A stretch of 64,000 nucleotides of DNA, from assembly GCA_039799905.1 (NCBI GenBank), contig JBDLRP010000032.1:1-64000 (forward strand). The letters run 5' to 3'. The stretch comes from Pseudomonadota bacterium. GTDB taxonomy: Bacteria; Bdellovibrionota_B; Oligoflexia; Silvanigrellales; Silvanigrellaceae. This document shows positions 47,722 to 57,609 of this stretch, in pieces. A model generated the notes under the pieces. It saw only the letters and a list, made by a program, of their open reading frames with translations. It was not told the origin of the DNA and did not search any database. Each line of letters opens with the position of its first letter. The stretch's first letter is position 1. A program made the position numbers and the translations under genes.

Positions 47722-47775
47722 ATGCACAAAGTGCGTTTCCGTCAAAACAACAACGGTTTTGCTAGAGACACGACC

Positions 47776-48606
47776 CTAAGAGTCCAATGCGACTACGATT
47801 ACCGTGATGTTGTCCTCTCCGCCCCGCTCTTTGGACAACTCGACCATGTGCTCGCAAACCCACTCAAGGTCGTCCTCCATCATGAGGTCTGCCATTTCCC
47901 TCTCACTAATTTTGTTGGAGAGGCCATCGCTGCACAACAGGAAGCGGTCGCCGCGGAACGGTTGAAAGCTGAAGACGTCAACCTCCTCATCTTCCTGATA
48001 ACCCACGCAGCGAGTGATGACGCTCTTCATCTGTGCCGCTGCAGGAGAGTCGGGCGCGAGTACACCGGCCTTGACCTTTTCTTGAAAAAGACTGTGATCG
48101 TTGGTGATTTGGTAAAGCAACCCTGCTCTCAACAGGTAGCAACGACTGTCTCCGACGTGTGCCACCAACGCCTTTGAACTTCCGAGTTTGACGGTGTCGC
48201 TGGAGAGCTGAACTGGAAGCCAAAGCGCAGTTGTCGTGGTGCCCATGCCGCGCAGATGGGGCATCTCCAATGAACGCGAATAAATATTCAGACTGGCCGT
48301 GTTGATCGCCTGTTTGAGGATTGTCTCTCGGGTGACTTGGTCTGAGCAGAACAAGTCGCGGAATCGCGTCGAAACCTCTGACTCAAGTGTTTCAACAGCC
48401 AAATGACTGGCAACTTCTCCTCCAGCTCGGCCACCCATGCCGTCGGCCACCAGAAACAAACCTATGGACGGGTCGGCGAGATAGGAGTCCTGATTATTTT
48501 CGCGCACCATTCCGACATCCGTGCGAAGCGTATGGCGCAGTTGCAGTCCGTTCCATTCGCAGAGCGAGCGTTTAGCGTTGGCCAGTGGCTGGTTGCGCAT
48601 GCCCAT
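47776..48606 (-). CDS. PP2C/Stp1-family Ser/Thr protein phosphatase
   Basis: TDVGMVRENNQD, VADGMGG, MGTT, HVGDSR, DHS, LCSDGL, GGEDNIT. Confidence 0.93.
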   Translation of the reverse strand: MGMRNQPLANAKRSLCEWNGLQLRHTLRTDVGMVRENNQDSYLADPSIGLFLVADGMGGRAGGEVASHLAVETLESEVSTRFRDLFCSDQVTRETILKQAINTASLNIYSRSLEMPHLRGMGTTTTALWLPVQLSSDTVKLGSSKALVAHVGDSRCYLLRAGLLYQITNDHSLFQEKVKAGVLAPDSPAAAQMKSVITRCVGYQEDEEVDVFSFQPFRGDRFLLCSDGLSNKISEREMADLMMEDDLEWVCEHMVELSKERGGEDNITVIVVALDS

Positions 48607-48789
48607 GTGGGATCCTTTCAACAGACAAGTCCGACTGCGGTCATTTTGATTTAAGTGCTGAAATTGGAGGCAGAGCCGTCGGCGCCGCATGTCAAAGTTG
48701 ACAGGCGGCAATCGCTGCCTGCGCAGAAAAACACAAGACCAGACGAAACAAGATTGTCAGGTGGTGACCTGAGCATAAGACGAGGGGGA

Positions 48790-48866
<77 letters not shown>

Positions 48867-48921
48867 ACCCCTCTGGCTTATCACACCGCCATTGTGTTGC
48901 AAGTGACGGGGACGCCTCAGA

Positions 48922-50682
48922 ATGAGCGGAGCGCGGATAATCGAAATCATCAAGCGTTCGAACATCGTGAGCCAAGCCGATATGGTGCGTGCTCTCGAGT
49001 TCTCGAACCGCGACGCGATACCGCTGCCGCTCTTCCTTTTGCGCAACAAATTGGTCGCCGAAGACCAGCTGATGCGGGTCCTTTCCGAGGGGCTCGGCGG
49101 ACTTGAAGTCGTTGCACCCGATAAAATGGAAATTGAACAGTCAGTTCTCGCGAGCGTACCCAAAGAGTTGGTTCTCCAGCACCGTATAATTCCTATCAAC
49201 AGAATCACGAACAACTTGATCGTCGCCGTCGGAGACCCGACCAATCTCGGCTTGTTTGATGCGATTTCGGCAAAACTCGGCGTTAAGCTCAGGCTCAAGC
49301 TAGCCAGTGATTTATCGATTCAAAATGCAATGAACCGTTATTACGGAGCCAGTGAAGAGGCTGCAAAAATTGCCGCCCAGCAAAAGAGTGCTGCTCAGGC
49401 GCGGAGTCAGGCTACGAGCCGCAGTACCGGAATCAGCTCGACCGCACCGGCAGGCAATGAAAGCGGCGAAAGTTACGTCATAAGCTATATCGAACGTTTG
49501 ATGCTCACCGCGGCGCAGCGACGGGCAAGTGATATCCATATTGAACCATTCGAGTCGAGCATGCGCATCCGTCTGCGTGTGGACGGCTCGCTGCTTGAAT
49601 ACAAACCACAGCCGCGATTCGAATTTCGTGATGCGATTCTCTCGCGTGTCAAGTTGATCTCAGGACTGGATATTTTCGAAAAGCGGCTTCCACAAGACGG
49701 AAACACCAAACTGGACATCCCAGGGCTGGGTAAAATGGACTTTCGCGTCAGCAGCCTGCCGTCGGTGTGGGGAGAAAAAATAGTTCTGCGCCTTCTGGAC
49801 AAAAGCAACCTGCAACTCGACATGACGCAGCTCGGCTTCGACACCGTTCAGCTCGATCAATTCAAAGACTGCATTCTGAAACCGTTCGGAATGGTGATCG
49901 TCACCGGACCCACCGGTTCAGGAAAGACGACAACTTTGTATTCAGCGCTGAACGAACTGAACCGGATCACCGACAATGTTGTCACGGCAGAGGATCCAGT
50001 CGAGTTCACCATTCCGGGGATTTGTCAGGTCAACGTCCGGCCGGATATCGAGTTCACCTTCTCTAAAGCGCTCAAAGCCTTCTTGCGTCAGGATCCGGAT
50101 GTCATAATGGTGGGTGAGATCCGCGACCTCGAAACAGGTGAGATTGCCATGAAAGCAGCGCTCACCGGTCACATCGTCCTTTCAACTCTGCACACCAACA
50201 ATGCGGCCGAGAGTATCGAGCGTCTGCGAAACATGGGAATTGACAGATTTACTATAGTGTCTGCGCTCAACTGTGTTGTCGCCCAGCGCCTCGTAAGAAA
50301 AATTTGCAACGAGTGCCGCATCGAGGATCCGGTCCCGGCAGAGAAACAAATCGCACTCGGCTTGCCTGAGAAGTACGTCGGAAAGTTCAAAATTTACAAG
50401 GGTGCGGGCTGCGAGACGTGCAACAATACGGGTTACAAGGGGCGCGCTGCGATCTATGAGGTGCTTGTTGTCAACGAGCCTGTGAAGCGGGCTATTGTAG
50501 ATAATATGACCGCACTGGACCTCAAAAGAATCGCCATGGCCAATGGAATGCAGACTCTCCGTCAAAGCGCTTGGAAAAAGGTTTATCGTGGAATTTCGAC
50601 AATTGATGAGCTTGTCGAAGCAAGCGGTTCTGATGATGACACAACAACATCCAGCAAGTCTGAGACATTAAGGAGTGCGTGA
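48922..50682 (+). CDS. pilB: Type IV pilus extension ATPase PilB
   Basis: ASDIHIEP, RLPQDG, GPTGSGKTT, LRQDPD, TGH/STLHTN, tetracysteine motif; N-terminal MshEN-like domain. Confidence 0.95.
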   Translation: MSGARIIEIIKRSNIVSQADMVRALEFSNRDAIPLPLFLLRNKLVAEDQLMRVLSEGLGGLEVVAPDKMEIEQSVLASVPKELVLQHRIIPINRITNNLIVAVGDPTNLGLFDAISAKLGVKLRLKLASDLSIQNAMNRYYGASEEAAKIAAQQKSAAQARSQATSRSTGISSTAPAGNESGESYVISYIERLMLTAAQRRASDIHIEPFESSMRIRLRVDGSLLEYKPQPRFEFRDAILSRVKLISGLDIFEKRLPQDGNTKLDIPGLGKMDFRVSSLPSVWGEKIVLRLLDKSNLQLDMTQLGFDTVQLDQFKDCILKPFGMVIVTGPTGSGKTTTLYSALNELNRITDNVVTAEDPVEFTIPGICQVNVRPDIEFTFSKALKAFLRQDPDVIMVGEIRDLETGEIAMKAALTGHIVLSTLHTNNAAESIERLRNMGIDRFTIVSALNCVVAQRLVRKICNECRIEDPVPAEKQIALGLPEKYVGKFKIYKGAGCETCNNTGYKGRAAIYEVLVVNEPVKRAIVDNMTALDLKRIAMANGMQTLRQSAWKKVYRGISTIDELVEASGSDDDTTTSSKSETLRSA

Positions 50683-50683
50683 G

Positions 50684-51772
50684 ATGACAACGCGCATTAC
50701 GCTTCAGCAGCTTCTCAAAACTCAGGCTGAACAGAGTGCATCCGACCTGCACATCAGCGTAGGCACACCGCCGCAGCTGAGAATTCACGGCGAATTGTGT
50801 CCGGTCAAGGTCGAGCCTCTTACGTCAGTCGATACAGAGGCACTTTGCTATTCGGTGCTGACCGAGGAGCAGCGGAGGATATTCGAAGAGAACCGCGAGA
50901 TCGACCTCTCCTTCAGTGTCAAGGGCGTTGCACGCTTCCGTGCGAACATTTTCAGGCAGAAATCAGCCGTCGGCGGAGTTTTTCGTCTCATTCCTCATCA
51001 GATCCGCACATTCGAGGAACTTCGACTGCCTCTGGTTGTCGGAAGTTTATGCGAGCTTAGCCGCGGTCTTGTTCTTGTGACTGGAGCGACAGGAAGCGGT
51101 AAATCGACCACACTTGCTGCAATGATCGATAAAATAAACCGCGAGGTTGCCGGCCATATTCTGACCCTTGAGGATCCAATCGAGTTTTCACACGAACACA
51201 AGCGGTGCGTCGTGAACCAGCGTGAGGTTGGCGCCGACACCATGTCGATTACGCGCGCACTCAAGAGCTCTCTGCGTCAGGACCCCGACGTCGTGCTGAT
51301 CGGAGAATTGCGGGATTACGAGACCATTTCAGCAGCACTGACGATTGCCGAGACAGGACACCTTGTGTTTGCGACTCTTCACACGAACTCGGCAATCACG
51401 ACCATCAACAGAATTATCGACGTATTTCCTGCTCACCAGCACAATCAGGTACGCACTCAGCTGTCGAGTACCCTGCAGGGTGTGCTCAGTCAGCAGCTTT
51501 TGCCTTGTGCCACCGGAGGCCGTGTACTCGCCCTTGAAGTGTTGATACCCAACGCAGCCATTCGCAGCCAAATCCGTGAAGATAAAATTCACATGATCTA
51601 TCAGAGCATGCAGATGGGAGGCGAAAAAACCGGCATGCAGACGCTCAATCAGAATTTAGCGTTGCTTGTGCAGAAGCGGGCGATCTCGATCGATGTCGCG
51701 ATGAATTCCGCATACGATCCTGAAGAGCTCAAGAGTCTGCTCGCACGGGTCGGTGTCGGAAAAGTAGGATAA
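50684..51772 (+). CDS. pilT: Type IV pilus retraction ATPase PilT
   Basis: ASDLH, GATGSGKST, EDPIE, QREVG, LRQDPD, AETGH, AIRSQIRE; AGGAG RBS. Confidence 0.95.
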   Translation: MTTRITLQQLLKTQAEQSASDLHISVGTPPQLRIHGELCPVKVEPLTSVDTEALCYSVLTEEQRRIFEENREIDLSFSVKGVARFRANIFRQKSAVGGVFRLIPHQIRTFEELRLPLVVGSLCELSRGLVLVTGATGSGKSTTLAAMIDKINREVAGHILTLEDPIEFSHEHKRCVVNQREVGADTMSITRALKSSLRQDPDVVLIGELRDYETISAALTIAETGHLVFATLHTNSAITTINRIIDVFPAHQHNQVRTQLSSTLQGVLSQQLLPCATGGRVLALEVLIPNAAIRSQIREDKIHMIYQSMQMGGEKTGMQTLNQNLALLVQKRAISIDVAMNSAYDPEELKSLLARVGVGKVG

Positions 51773-51798
51773 TTCGATGAATCAAGCGGGTGACCAGC

Positions 51799-53028
51799 AT
51801 GGCATTTTTTGAATACGACGGCCGTGACAGAGCAGGCCGACGCCAGCGTGGTCGGCTTGAAGCCAGAACCGAAGCTGAGGCGCGTCAGCTGGTTAAGTTC
51901 ATGGGACTTCCGCCGAGCAGTCTAAAAAGCGCAAATTTGCTGGCACTTGAATTCAAGCTTCCCCCGCAATTTCAGAAATTTTTTGATCAGCGCGGTGTCA
52001 AGGATAGCGATTTGGTGACCTTTACCAAACAGCTTTCGGTTATGATTGATGCGGGTGTTTCTGTTATCAAAGGGCTCGAGATTCTGGGTGAGCAGGCGCA
52101 AAATCCGGTGATGAAGCGTGCCATTCAGGAAGTCCGCGCAAAGGTTGAACGCGGACAGGACTTGGGCGACGCTCTCGCCAGCGTGCCTTCGGTTTTTGAC
52201 GACCTCTATTGTTCGCTTGTGCGTGCCGGAAGTACGTCTGGACAGCTCGATGTCATTTTAAAAAGGCTCAGCTCATATATCGAAAAAAATGCAAAGCTCA
52301 AGCGGCAGCTGTTTGGAGCCATGTTCTATCCGGCGATCATTATTCTTCTCGCCACAGCTCTCACAGCATTCATGCTTCTCGTGGTGGTTCCTATGCTTGC
52401 CACGACATTCATCGAAGGCGGTCAGGAGCTTCCCGGTCTGACTCTTGCAGTCATCAATGCGAGCAATTTCCTGCGCGACAACTTCTTTTTGATTGTGATT
52501 GCCATTGGCGGTGGTGCATTTTTCTTCAGACGCTGGGTCAAAACTCCCGCCGGGCGTTACCAATGGGATTCCATTCTTCTGCGGATTCCGCTCATAGGTA
52601 CGCTCGTCAAGAAAATCAGCCTGGCCCGCTTTGCGAGCACGACTTCCACTCTCGTTGCTTCGGGTATCGGCATTACCGATGTGTTGCAGACAGCGTCTGC
52701 CGTGCTTGGGAACAAGGTCTTGGAAAAGGGAATCCTGCGCGTCCGAGACGCCGTCATTCAGGGTAAGGGTATGGGTGGACCCATGTCCGAGGAAGAGTTC
52801 ATTCCGCAAATGGTTTCGAGCATGGTCGCCATTGGAGAGGCTTCGGGGCGGCTCGACATCATGCTGCAAAAGGTTTCCGATTTCTACGAAGAGGAAGTCG
52901 ATGTGGCGATGTCAGCTGTTCTTAAAGCAATCGAACCTCTGCTGTTCGTGGTTATCGGCGGAATTGTCGGTGTTATTTTGATCGCGATGTACCTGCCGGT
53001 GTTTGATTTGGCTTCGGTCGGCGGGTGA
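51799..53028 (+). CDS. pilC: Type IV pilus platform protein PilC (GspF family)
   Basis: FTKQLSVMIDAGV, AMFYP, IGEASGRLD, AMYLPVF; follows pilB-pilT. Confidence 0.95.
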   Translation: MAFFEYDGRDRAGRRQRGRLEARTEAEARQLVKFMGLPPSSLKSANLLALEFKLPPQFQKFFDQRGVKDSDLVTFTKQLSVMIDAGVSVIKGLEILGEQAQNPVMKRAIQEVRAKVERGQDLGDALASVPSVFDDLYCSLVRAGSTSGQLDVILKRLSSYIEKNAKLKRQLFGAMFYPAIIILLATALTAFMLLVVVPMLATTFIEGGQELPGLTLAVINASNFLRDNFFLIVIAIGGGAFFFRRWVKTPAGRYQWDSILLRIPLIGTLVKKISLARFASTTSTLVASGIGITDVLQTASAVLGNKVLEKGILRVRDAVIQGKGMGGPMSEEEFIPQMVSSMVAIGEASGRLDIMLQKVSDFYEEEVDVAMSAVLKAIEPLLFVVIGGIVGVILIAMYLPVFDLASVGG

Positions 53029-55597
53029 GCGGCTCGGCGTTTTGCGGATCTTCGGGCCAGTAGTGTCGCGGATAGCGCCGCGACATTTCTTTTTTGACAT
53101 CCGGATAATGATTTTTCCAGAAGCCGGCGAGGTCGGTTGTGACTTGCACCGCCTGACCGTTGGGCGCGAGCAGGTGGACCGTGACGGGAAGGCTGTTCTG
53201 CAGCAGTCGCGGTGTGCTCATAGTGCCGAAAAAATCCTGCATGCGAGAGGAAATCCACGGCGGCTGGCCTGCCACATAGTGCACTTCGGCCCTGCGCCCC
53301 GAGCCGAGTGTCAGGCGTGCGGGAAGCTCGCGATCGAGAAGTCTCTTCAGCTCCCACGGGATGAAGGAATCGATGTAGTCCTGCAGCTCCTCGGCGCGTA
53401 TGTCTGCGTACGATTTTTTTCCCTCGCAGATGTGCACAAGAAAGAGTTCGAAATCATCGCCGCTGATTTCCAGTGCATCAGTTTCTGGAAAACGCTGCCT
53501 GAGAAGAGCCATCCGCTGGGAAAAGTATTCGAGCGGCTTGGCTGATTCAAAAGGTTTGGGCCAATCCGTTTTAAGCTGCTGAAAGAGAATTTGTTCGGCG
53601 TCTGTCGGCGTTGCCTGCGACTGTTTTTCCTCGAGCGTGATTCCTTCGAAGACTATTCTTTCCGAACTGCGCACGCGTTCACTTTGAGAATCCCAGACCG
53701 AGACGCTCTCGCTGCGGACTTTATTGCGCAGACACACTTTCAATACCTGCGCACTCAGGCCCGCGGCGGTGGTGATTTCGGTGACGAAATGCGTCGAGCC
53801 GTGTCTGCGGATTTGTTCTGCCTGCAAGGCAATGGCGAACGAGGACTCCTGCACCGTGCTCGATTTTGCCAGCAGTCCGAGTCCGCCTCGGGCGAAAGTG
53901 GCTTCAATGTTGGTCTTTTGTGAGGTTTTATTGCGTCTGAGCGCGACAATCCGATCGGGAAATCCGCTCAGCAGCTCACGTGCAAACGGGCTCGCATCGG
54001 CAAATTCCATCCCGCCGGTTTGCAGTTCGCCCTTCTTAGCATGGGTCAAATGCATGAGCGATTCATAGCTTTTTTCGATCTTCTTGAGTTGGGAAGGATC
54101 GATGAGCTCACGCTCCGCGCGTGAGATGCTCTCAGGGTGATGGCGTAATCTGTCAAACAGAGATGCCTGATAGGTGAGGTCACAGTCGGTGTGTATTTCC
54201 GCATCGTCCTGGCTCTTTTTGAGCAGCATGCCCTCGTTGAGCAAACTGACGAGCAAACAAGATTCGCGCAAGGTTCCCAGTTTTTGTCCCTCGCAAAGAA
54301 TGCGCCCCAGCCGAGGGCTCAGCGGCCAGCGGACAATCTGCTCGCCGACGTCGCTCAGATTGTTTCGGCTGTCGACGGCTCCCAGTTCCTTCAGCAAACC
54401 GAGCGCCGAGGCCACACTTTCGGCTGGTGGTTTTTCAAGCCAGGGAAGATCGGCGAAGTTGTTTTGCCAAGCCGGAAAGAGCCGGCGGCAGGCGCTCATC
54501 ACTTCGAGCATGGACTGAGCGAGGTCGGTTCTCATCAATTCAGGTTTTTCGTGAGCAACACGACCTGTGAATTCGGCACGGGTGTAGAGCCTTTTGGCAA
54601 CACCCGCTGATGTGCGTCCGGCGCGTCCGGCACGCTGCGTGCAGCTGGCCTGGCTGATGGGTTTGATGTCGAGTGTCGGCAGGCCGTTCCAATGAGCATA
54701 ACTGGCGACTTTTGCCAGACCAGAATCAACAACGCCCGTCACCCCGGGAATTGTCACGCTTGTCTCAGCGACGTTGGTTGCCAAAATGACTTTTCTTTTG
54801 TCGTGCGGCTGAAAGATTTTTCGTTGTTCCGCGATGGGCAGCTCTGCGCGCAATTCAAAAACATCAAACTGCTGCTTGAGTGTTGATGTTGAGAGCGCCT
54901 GTGCGGAGCGGCGGATGTCTGCGGCACCCGCAAGGAAAACAAGTATGTCGCCCGCACAGGCGGGGTCTTTGAGCAAAGACTCAACCGCAATCACGACCCG
55001 CCATTCGAGTGGCCTGTCGTCAACAGCTGAGTCGTATTCTATTTCGACTGGATAAGTCGGAACGTCCGCCTTGAGCAGATATGCGTCGGGAATTTTTTCA
55101 AGCAATTTTTCAGTGTCGAGAGTTGCCGACATGACGACAAGCCGCAAGTCGGGTCTGACTTCGGACTGCAGCCAGCGGGTGAGCGCGAAGGCAACATCCG
55201 AGTGCAGGTGGCGCTCATGAAACTCGTCGAGGATGATTGTGTCGATGTCATTGAGGTTTGGGTTTGCCAGCAGTGTTCTTAGGAAAAGCCCTTCGGTCAT
55301 GAAGATGCAGCGCGTCTGCGGACCGACGACTTTTTCATAGCGGATTTGAAAACCGACATCCTGGCCTGTGCTCTGGCCGAGTTCCTCGGCCACGCGTTCG
55401 GCGGAAAGTCGGGCTGCCAGCCGGCGCGGTTCGAGGATGATGGTTTTGCCCTGCCGGGCGCGCAGAATGAACTGCGGAATGCGCGTGGTTTTTCCACTGC
55501 CGGGAGGAGCCTGCAAGATCACCGTCTGGTGAGAATTCATCGCCTGAATAAATTCGGCTTCGAGTGCGTCGATGGGAAGTTTAATGAGCTGGTTCAC
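52973..55597 (-). CDS. hrpB: ATP-dependent RNA helicase HrpB
   Basis: APPGSGKTT, LEPRRLAAR, DEFHER, MSAT, ATNVAETS, QRAGRAGR, C-terminal RYPRHYWP. Confidence 0.95.
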   Translation of the reverse strand: MNQLIKLPIDALEAEFIQAMNSHQTVILQAPPGSGKTTRIPQFILRARQGKTIILEPRRLAARLSAERVAEELGQSTGQDVGFQIRYEKVVGPQTRCIFMTEGLFLRTLLANPNLNDIDTIILDEFHERHLHSDVAFALTRWLQSEVRPDLRLVVMSATLDTEKLLEKIPDAYLLKADVPTYPVEIEYDSAVDDRPLEWRVVIAVESLLKDPACAGDILVFLAGAADIRRSAQALSTSTLKQQFDVFELRAELPIAEQRKIFQPHDKRKVILATNVAETSVTIPGVTGVVDSGLAKVASYAHWNGLPTLDIKPISQASCTQRAGRAGRTSAGVAKRLYTRAEFTGRVAHEKPELMRTDLAQSMLEVMSACRRLFPAWQNNFADLPWLEKPPAESVASALGLLKELGAVDSRNNLSDVGEQIVRWPLSPRLGRILCEGQKLGTLRESCLLVSLLNEGMLLKKSQDDAEIHTDCDLTYQASLFDRLRHHPESISRAERELIDPSQLKKIEKSYESLMHLTHAKKGELQTGGMEFADASPFARELLSGFPDRIVALRRNKTSQKTNIEATFARGGLGLLAKSSTVQESSFAIALQAEQIRRHGSTHFVTEITTAAGLSAQVLKVCLRNKVRSESVSVWDSQSERVRSSERIVFEGITLEEKQSQATPTDAEQILFQQLKTDWPKPFESAKPLEYFSQRMALLRQRFPETDALEISGDDFELFLVHICEGKKSYADIRAEELQDYIDSFIPWELKRLLDRELPARLTLGSGRRAEVHYVAGQPPWISSRMQDFFGTMSTPRLLQNSLPVTVHLLAPNGQAVQVTTDLAGFWKNHYPDVKKEMSRRYPRHYWPEDPQNAEPLTRRPKPNQTPAGTSRSK

Positions 55598-55633
55598 ATC
55601 AATTCCATTTTTCGGTTCAGGCTCGATTCAGTT

Positions 55634-56425
55634 TCAGAAAGCCAGTGAATTTTTCATACGCGCGAAAAGGTTCTCCGCATTCACTGAAGTCATCTCTGCG
55701 AGAGCCTCTGTGCTCACCCCGCGCAATCCGGCAATGCAGGCGGCGACTTCGGCAACCCATGCAGGTTCGTTTTGTTTTCCGCGGTGCGGAACAGGGGCCA
55801 AATACGGACTGTCGGTTTCGATCAGCAGTCGGTCATCGGGAACGCTCTTGGCGACCGAACGCAATTCGTCCGAATTTTTGAAAGTGACGATTCCAGAAAA
55901 CGAGAGATAAAAACCAAGATCAAGAAACGCCCTGCCTTCTTCAGCCGTGCCGGTAAAGCAGTGAATGACTCCGCAACCACCGCGCGCGGCAAACGACTTG
56001 AGCCGCGCGTGGACGTCCGCAAAAGTGTCGCGCACATGAACGACCACGGGCAGCCGGCAGCGCAGCGCGATTTCCAAAAAAGCCTCAAAACAGACAATTT
56101 GCTGAGGCATGGCAACAAACTTATGAAAGCCGTCCAGACCAATTTCGCCAATCGCGACAACGCGGGGGTTGGTGGCTGCAATCGTCTCCATGTGTGAGGC
56201 GAGTTCGGGGGTGTACTGATCGGCATCATGCGGTTGAATACCGACAGTCATCCACAACTGCGGGAATTCGGCCGACTGGCGAAGCCCGGTTTCAAGTGTT
56301 TGTTTGTCGAAGGTGATGTTGATGACCCGACTGACGCCACTGCCCGCCGCACGGTCGAGAAGTTCACGTGCGTGCGGCGCGAGTTTGTCGGTGCACAGGT
56401 GGCAGTGGGTGTCGGTCAGTCTCAT
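55634..56425 (-). CDS. tatD: TatD family nuclease
   Basis: DTHCH, IGEIGLD, VHVRD, IHCFTG, ETDSPYLAP. Confidence 0.93.
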   Translation of the reverse strand: MRLTDTHCHLCTDKLAPHARELLDRAAGSGVSRVINITFDKQTLETGLRQSAEFPQLWMTVGIQPHDADQYTPELASHMETIAATNPRVVAIGEIGLDGFHKFVAMPQQIVCFEAFLEIALRCRLPVVVHVRDTFADVHARLKSFAARGGCGVIHCFTGTAEEGRAFLDLGFYLSFSGIVTFKNSDELRSVAKSVPDDRLLIETDSPYLAPVPHRGKQNEPAWVAEVAACIAGLRGVSTEALAEMTSVNAENLFARMKNSLAF

Positions 56426-57585
56426 GAAAACGCCTGTAAGCCCGTCAGCTGCTGTCCGACAATCAGCAGGTGAATGTCGTTGGTTCCTTCGTATGTATAA
56501 ACCGATTCAAGGTTGCAGGCGTGCCTCATACAGCGATACTCGTCGCTGATACCGTTTGCTCCGAGAATATCACGCGCAGTGCGCGCCGCCTCGAGCGCAA
56601 GCAGGACGTTGTTTTGCTTGGCCATACTGATGTGCCCGGGTTCGAGCGCACCTGATGCTTTGAGATCTGCAAGTCGGCGGGCCAAAAGATTACCCGTGGT
56701 GATTTGCGTCGACATGATCGCCAGCTTGCGCTGGATGAGCTGGAAAGCGGCCAGCGGACGGTCAAACATCATGCGGTTTTTTGAGTACTCGAGAGCTTCC
56801 TGAAAGCAGTCCTCAGCCGCACCAAGGGCGCCAAAGGCAATTCCATAGCGAGCTTGGTTGAGGCACATTAGTGCATTCTTCAGGCCGACAGTCTCGGGCA
56901 GCATGTTTTCAGCTGGAATCCGGCAATCGTGGAAAAAAAGCGAACCTGTCACGGAGGCGCGCAGGCTCAGTTTGCCGTGGATGGCGCGTTGCTCAAATCC
57001 CGCAGTGCCTTTTTCCACAATGAAGCCGCGAATTCCTTGATCCGTCTTGGCCCATACGACCGCAACATCTGCCATTGAGGCATTGGTGATCCAAGTTTTC
57101 GAGCCGTTGAGGATCCAATGCGATCCGTCTTTTTTGGCGTTGGTACGCATGCCGGCTGGATTCGAGCCGAAGTCGGGCTCCGTCAGTCCAAAACAACCGA
57201 TGGCTTTTCCATCGCGCAGTAACGGAAGCCATTTTTGCTTTTGCTCTTCACTGCCGAACGCATGGATCGGATACATGACGAGCGCACCCTGCACACTCGC
57301 GAAGCTGCGCAGGCCACTGTCGCCGCGTTCAAGCTCCTTCATAATCAGACCATAGCTGAGGCTGTCCAGCCCGCTGCATCCATAGCCTTTGAGTTGCGCA
57401 CCGAGGAGTCCGAGTTCACCCAGCTTTGGGATGAGTTCCATCGGGAAAGTGCCTTCTTCATAGGCCGTGCGCAGATGGGGTCTGAAAGATTGGTCGACGA
57501 ATTGCCGCACGCTGTCGACCACCAGTTTTTGCTCGGGGTTGAGCATGGAGTCGAGATTCAGAAAGTCATTCGGGTTGATTGCCAT
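56422..57585 (-). CDS. gcdH: Acyl-CoA dehydrogenase, glutaryl-CoA dehydrogenase-like
   Basis: ELERGDSGLRS, GCFGLTEPDFGSNP, KLSLRASVTG, TYEGTNDIH. Confidence 0.88.
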   Translation of the reverse strand: MAINPNDFLNLDSMLNPEQKLVVDSVRQFVDQSFRPHLRTAYEEGTFPMELIPKLGELGLLGAQLKGYGCSGLDSLSYGLIMKELERGDSGLRSFASVQGALVMYPIHAFGSEEQKQKWLPLLRDGKAIGCFGLTEPDFGSNPAGMRTNAKKDGSHWILNGSKTWITNASMADVAVVWAKTDQGIRGFIVEKGTAGFEQRAIHGKLSLRASVTGSLFFHDCRIPAENMLPETVGLKNALMCLNQARYGIAFGALGAAEDCFQEALEYSKNRMMFDRPLAAFQLIQRKLAIMSTQITTGNLLARRLADLKASGALEPGHISMAKQNNVLLALEAARTARDILGANGISDEYRCMRHACNLESVYTYEGTNDIHLLIVGQQLTGLQAFS

Positions 57586-57609
57586 AGTCTGCTCTCCTTT
57601 TGGCTGTTC

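Noticed and set aside
52973..56425. hrpB plus tatD as an anti-phage helicase-nuclease system
   Set aside because: Both look like canonical housekeeping family members in a run with metabolic genes, with no defence-island context.
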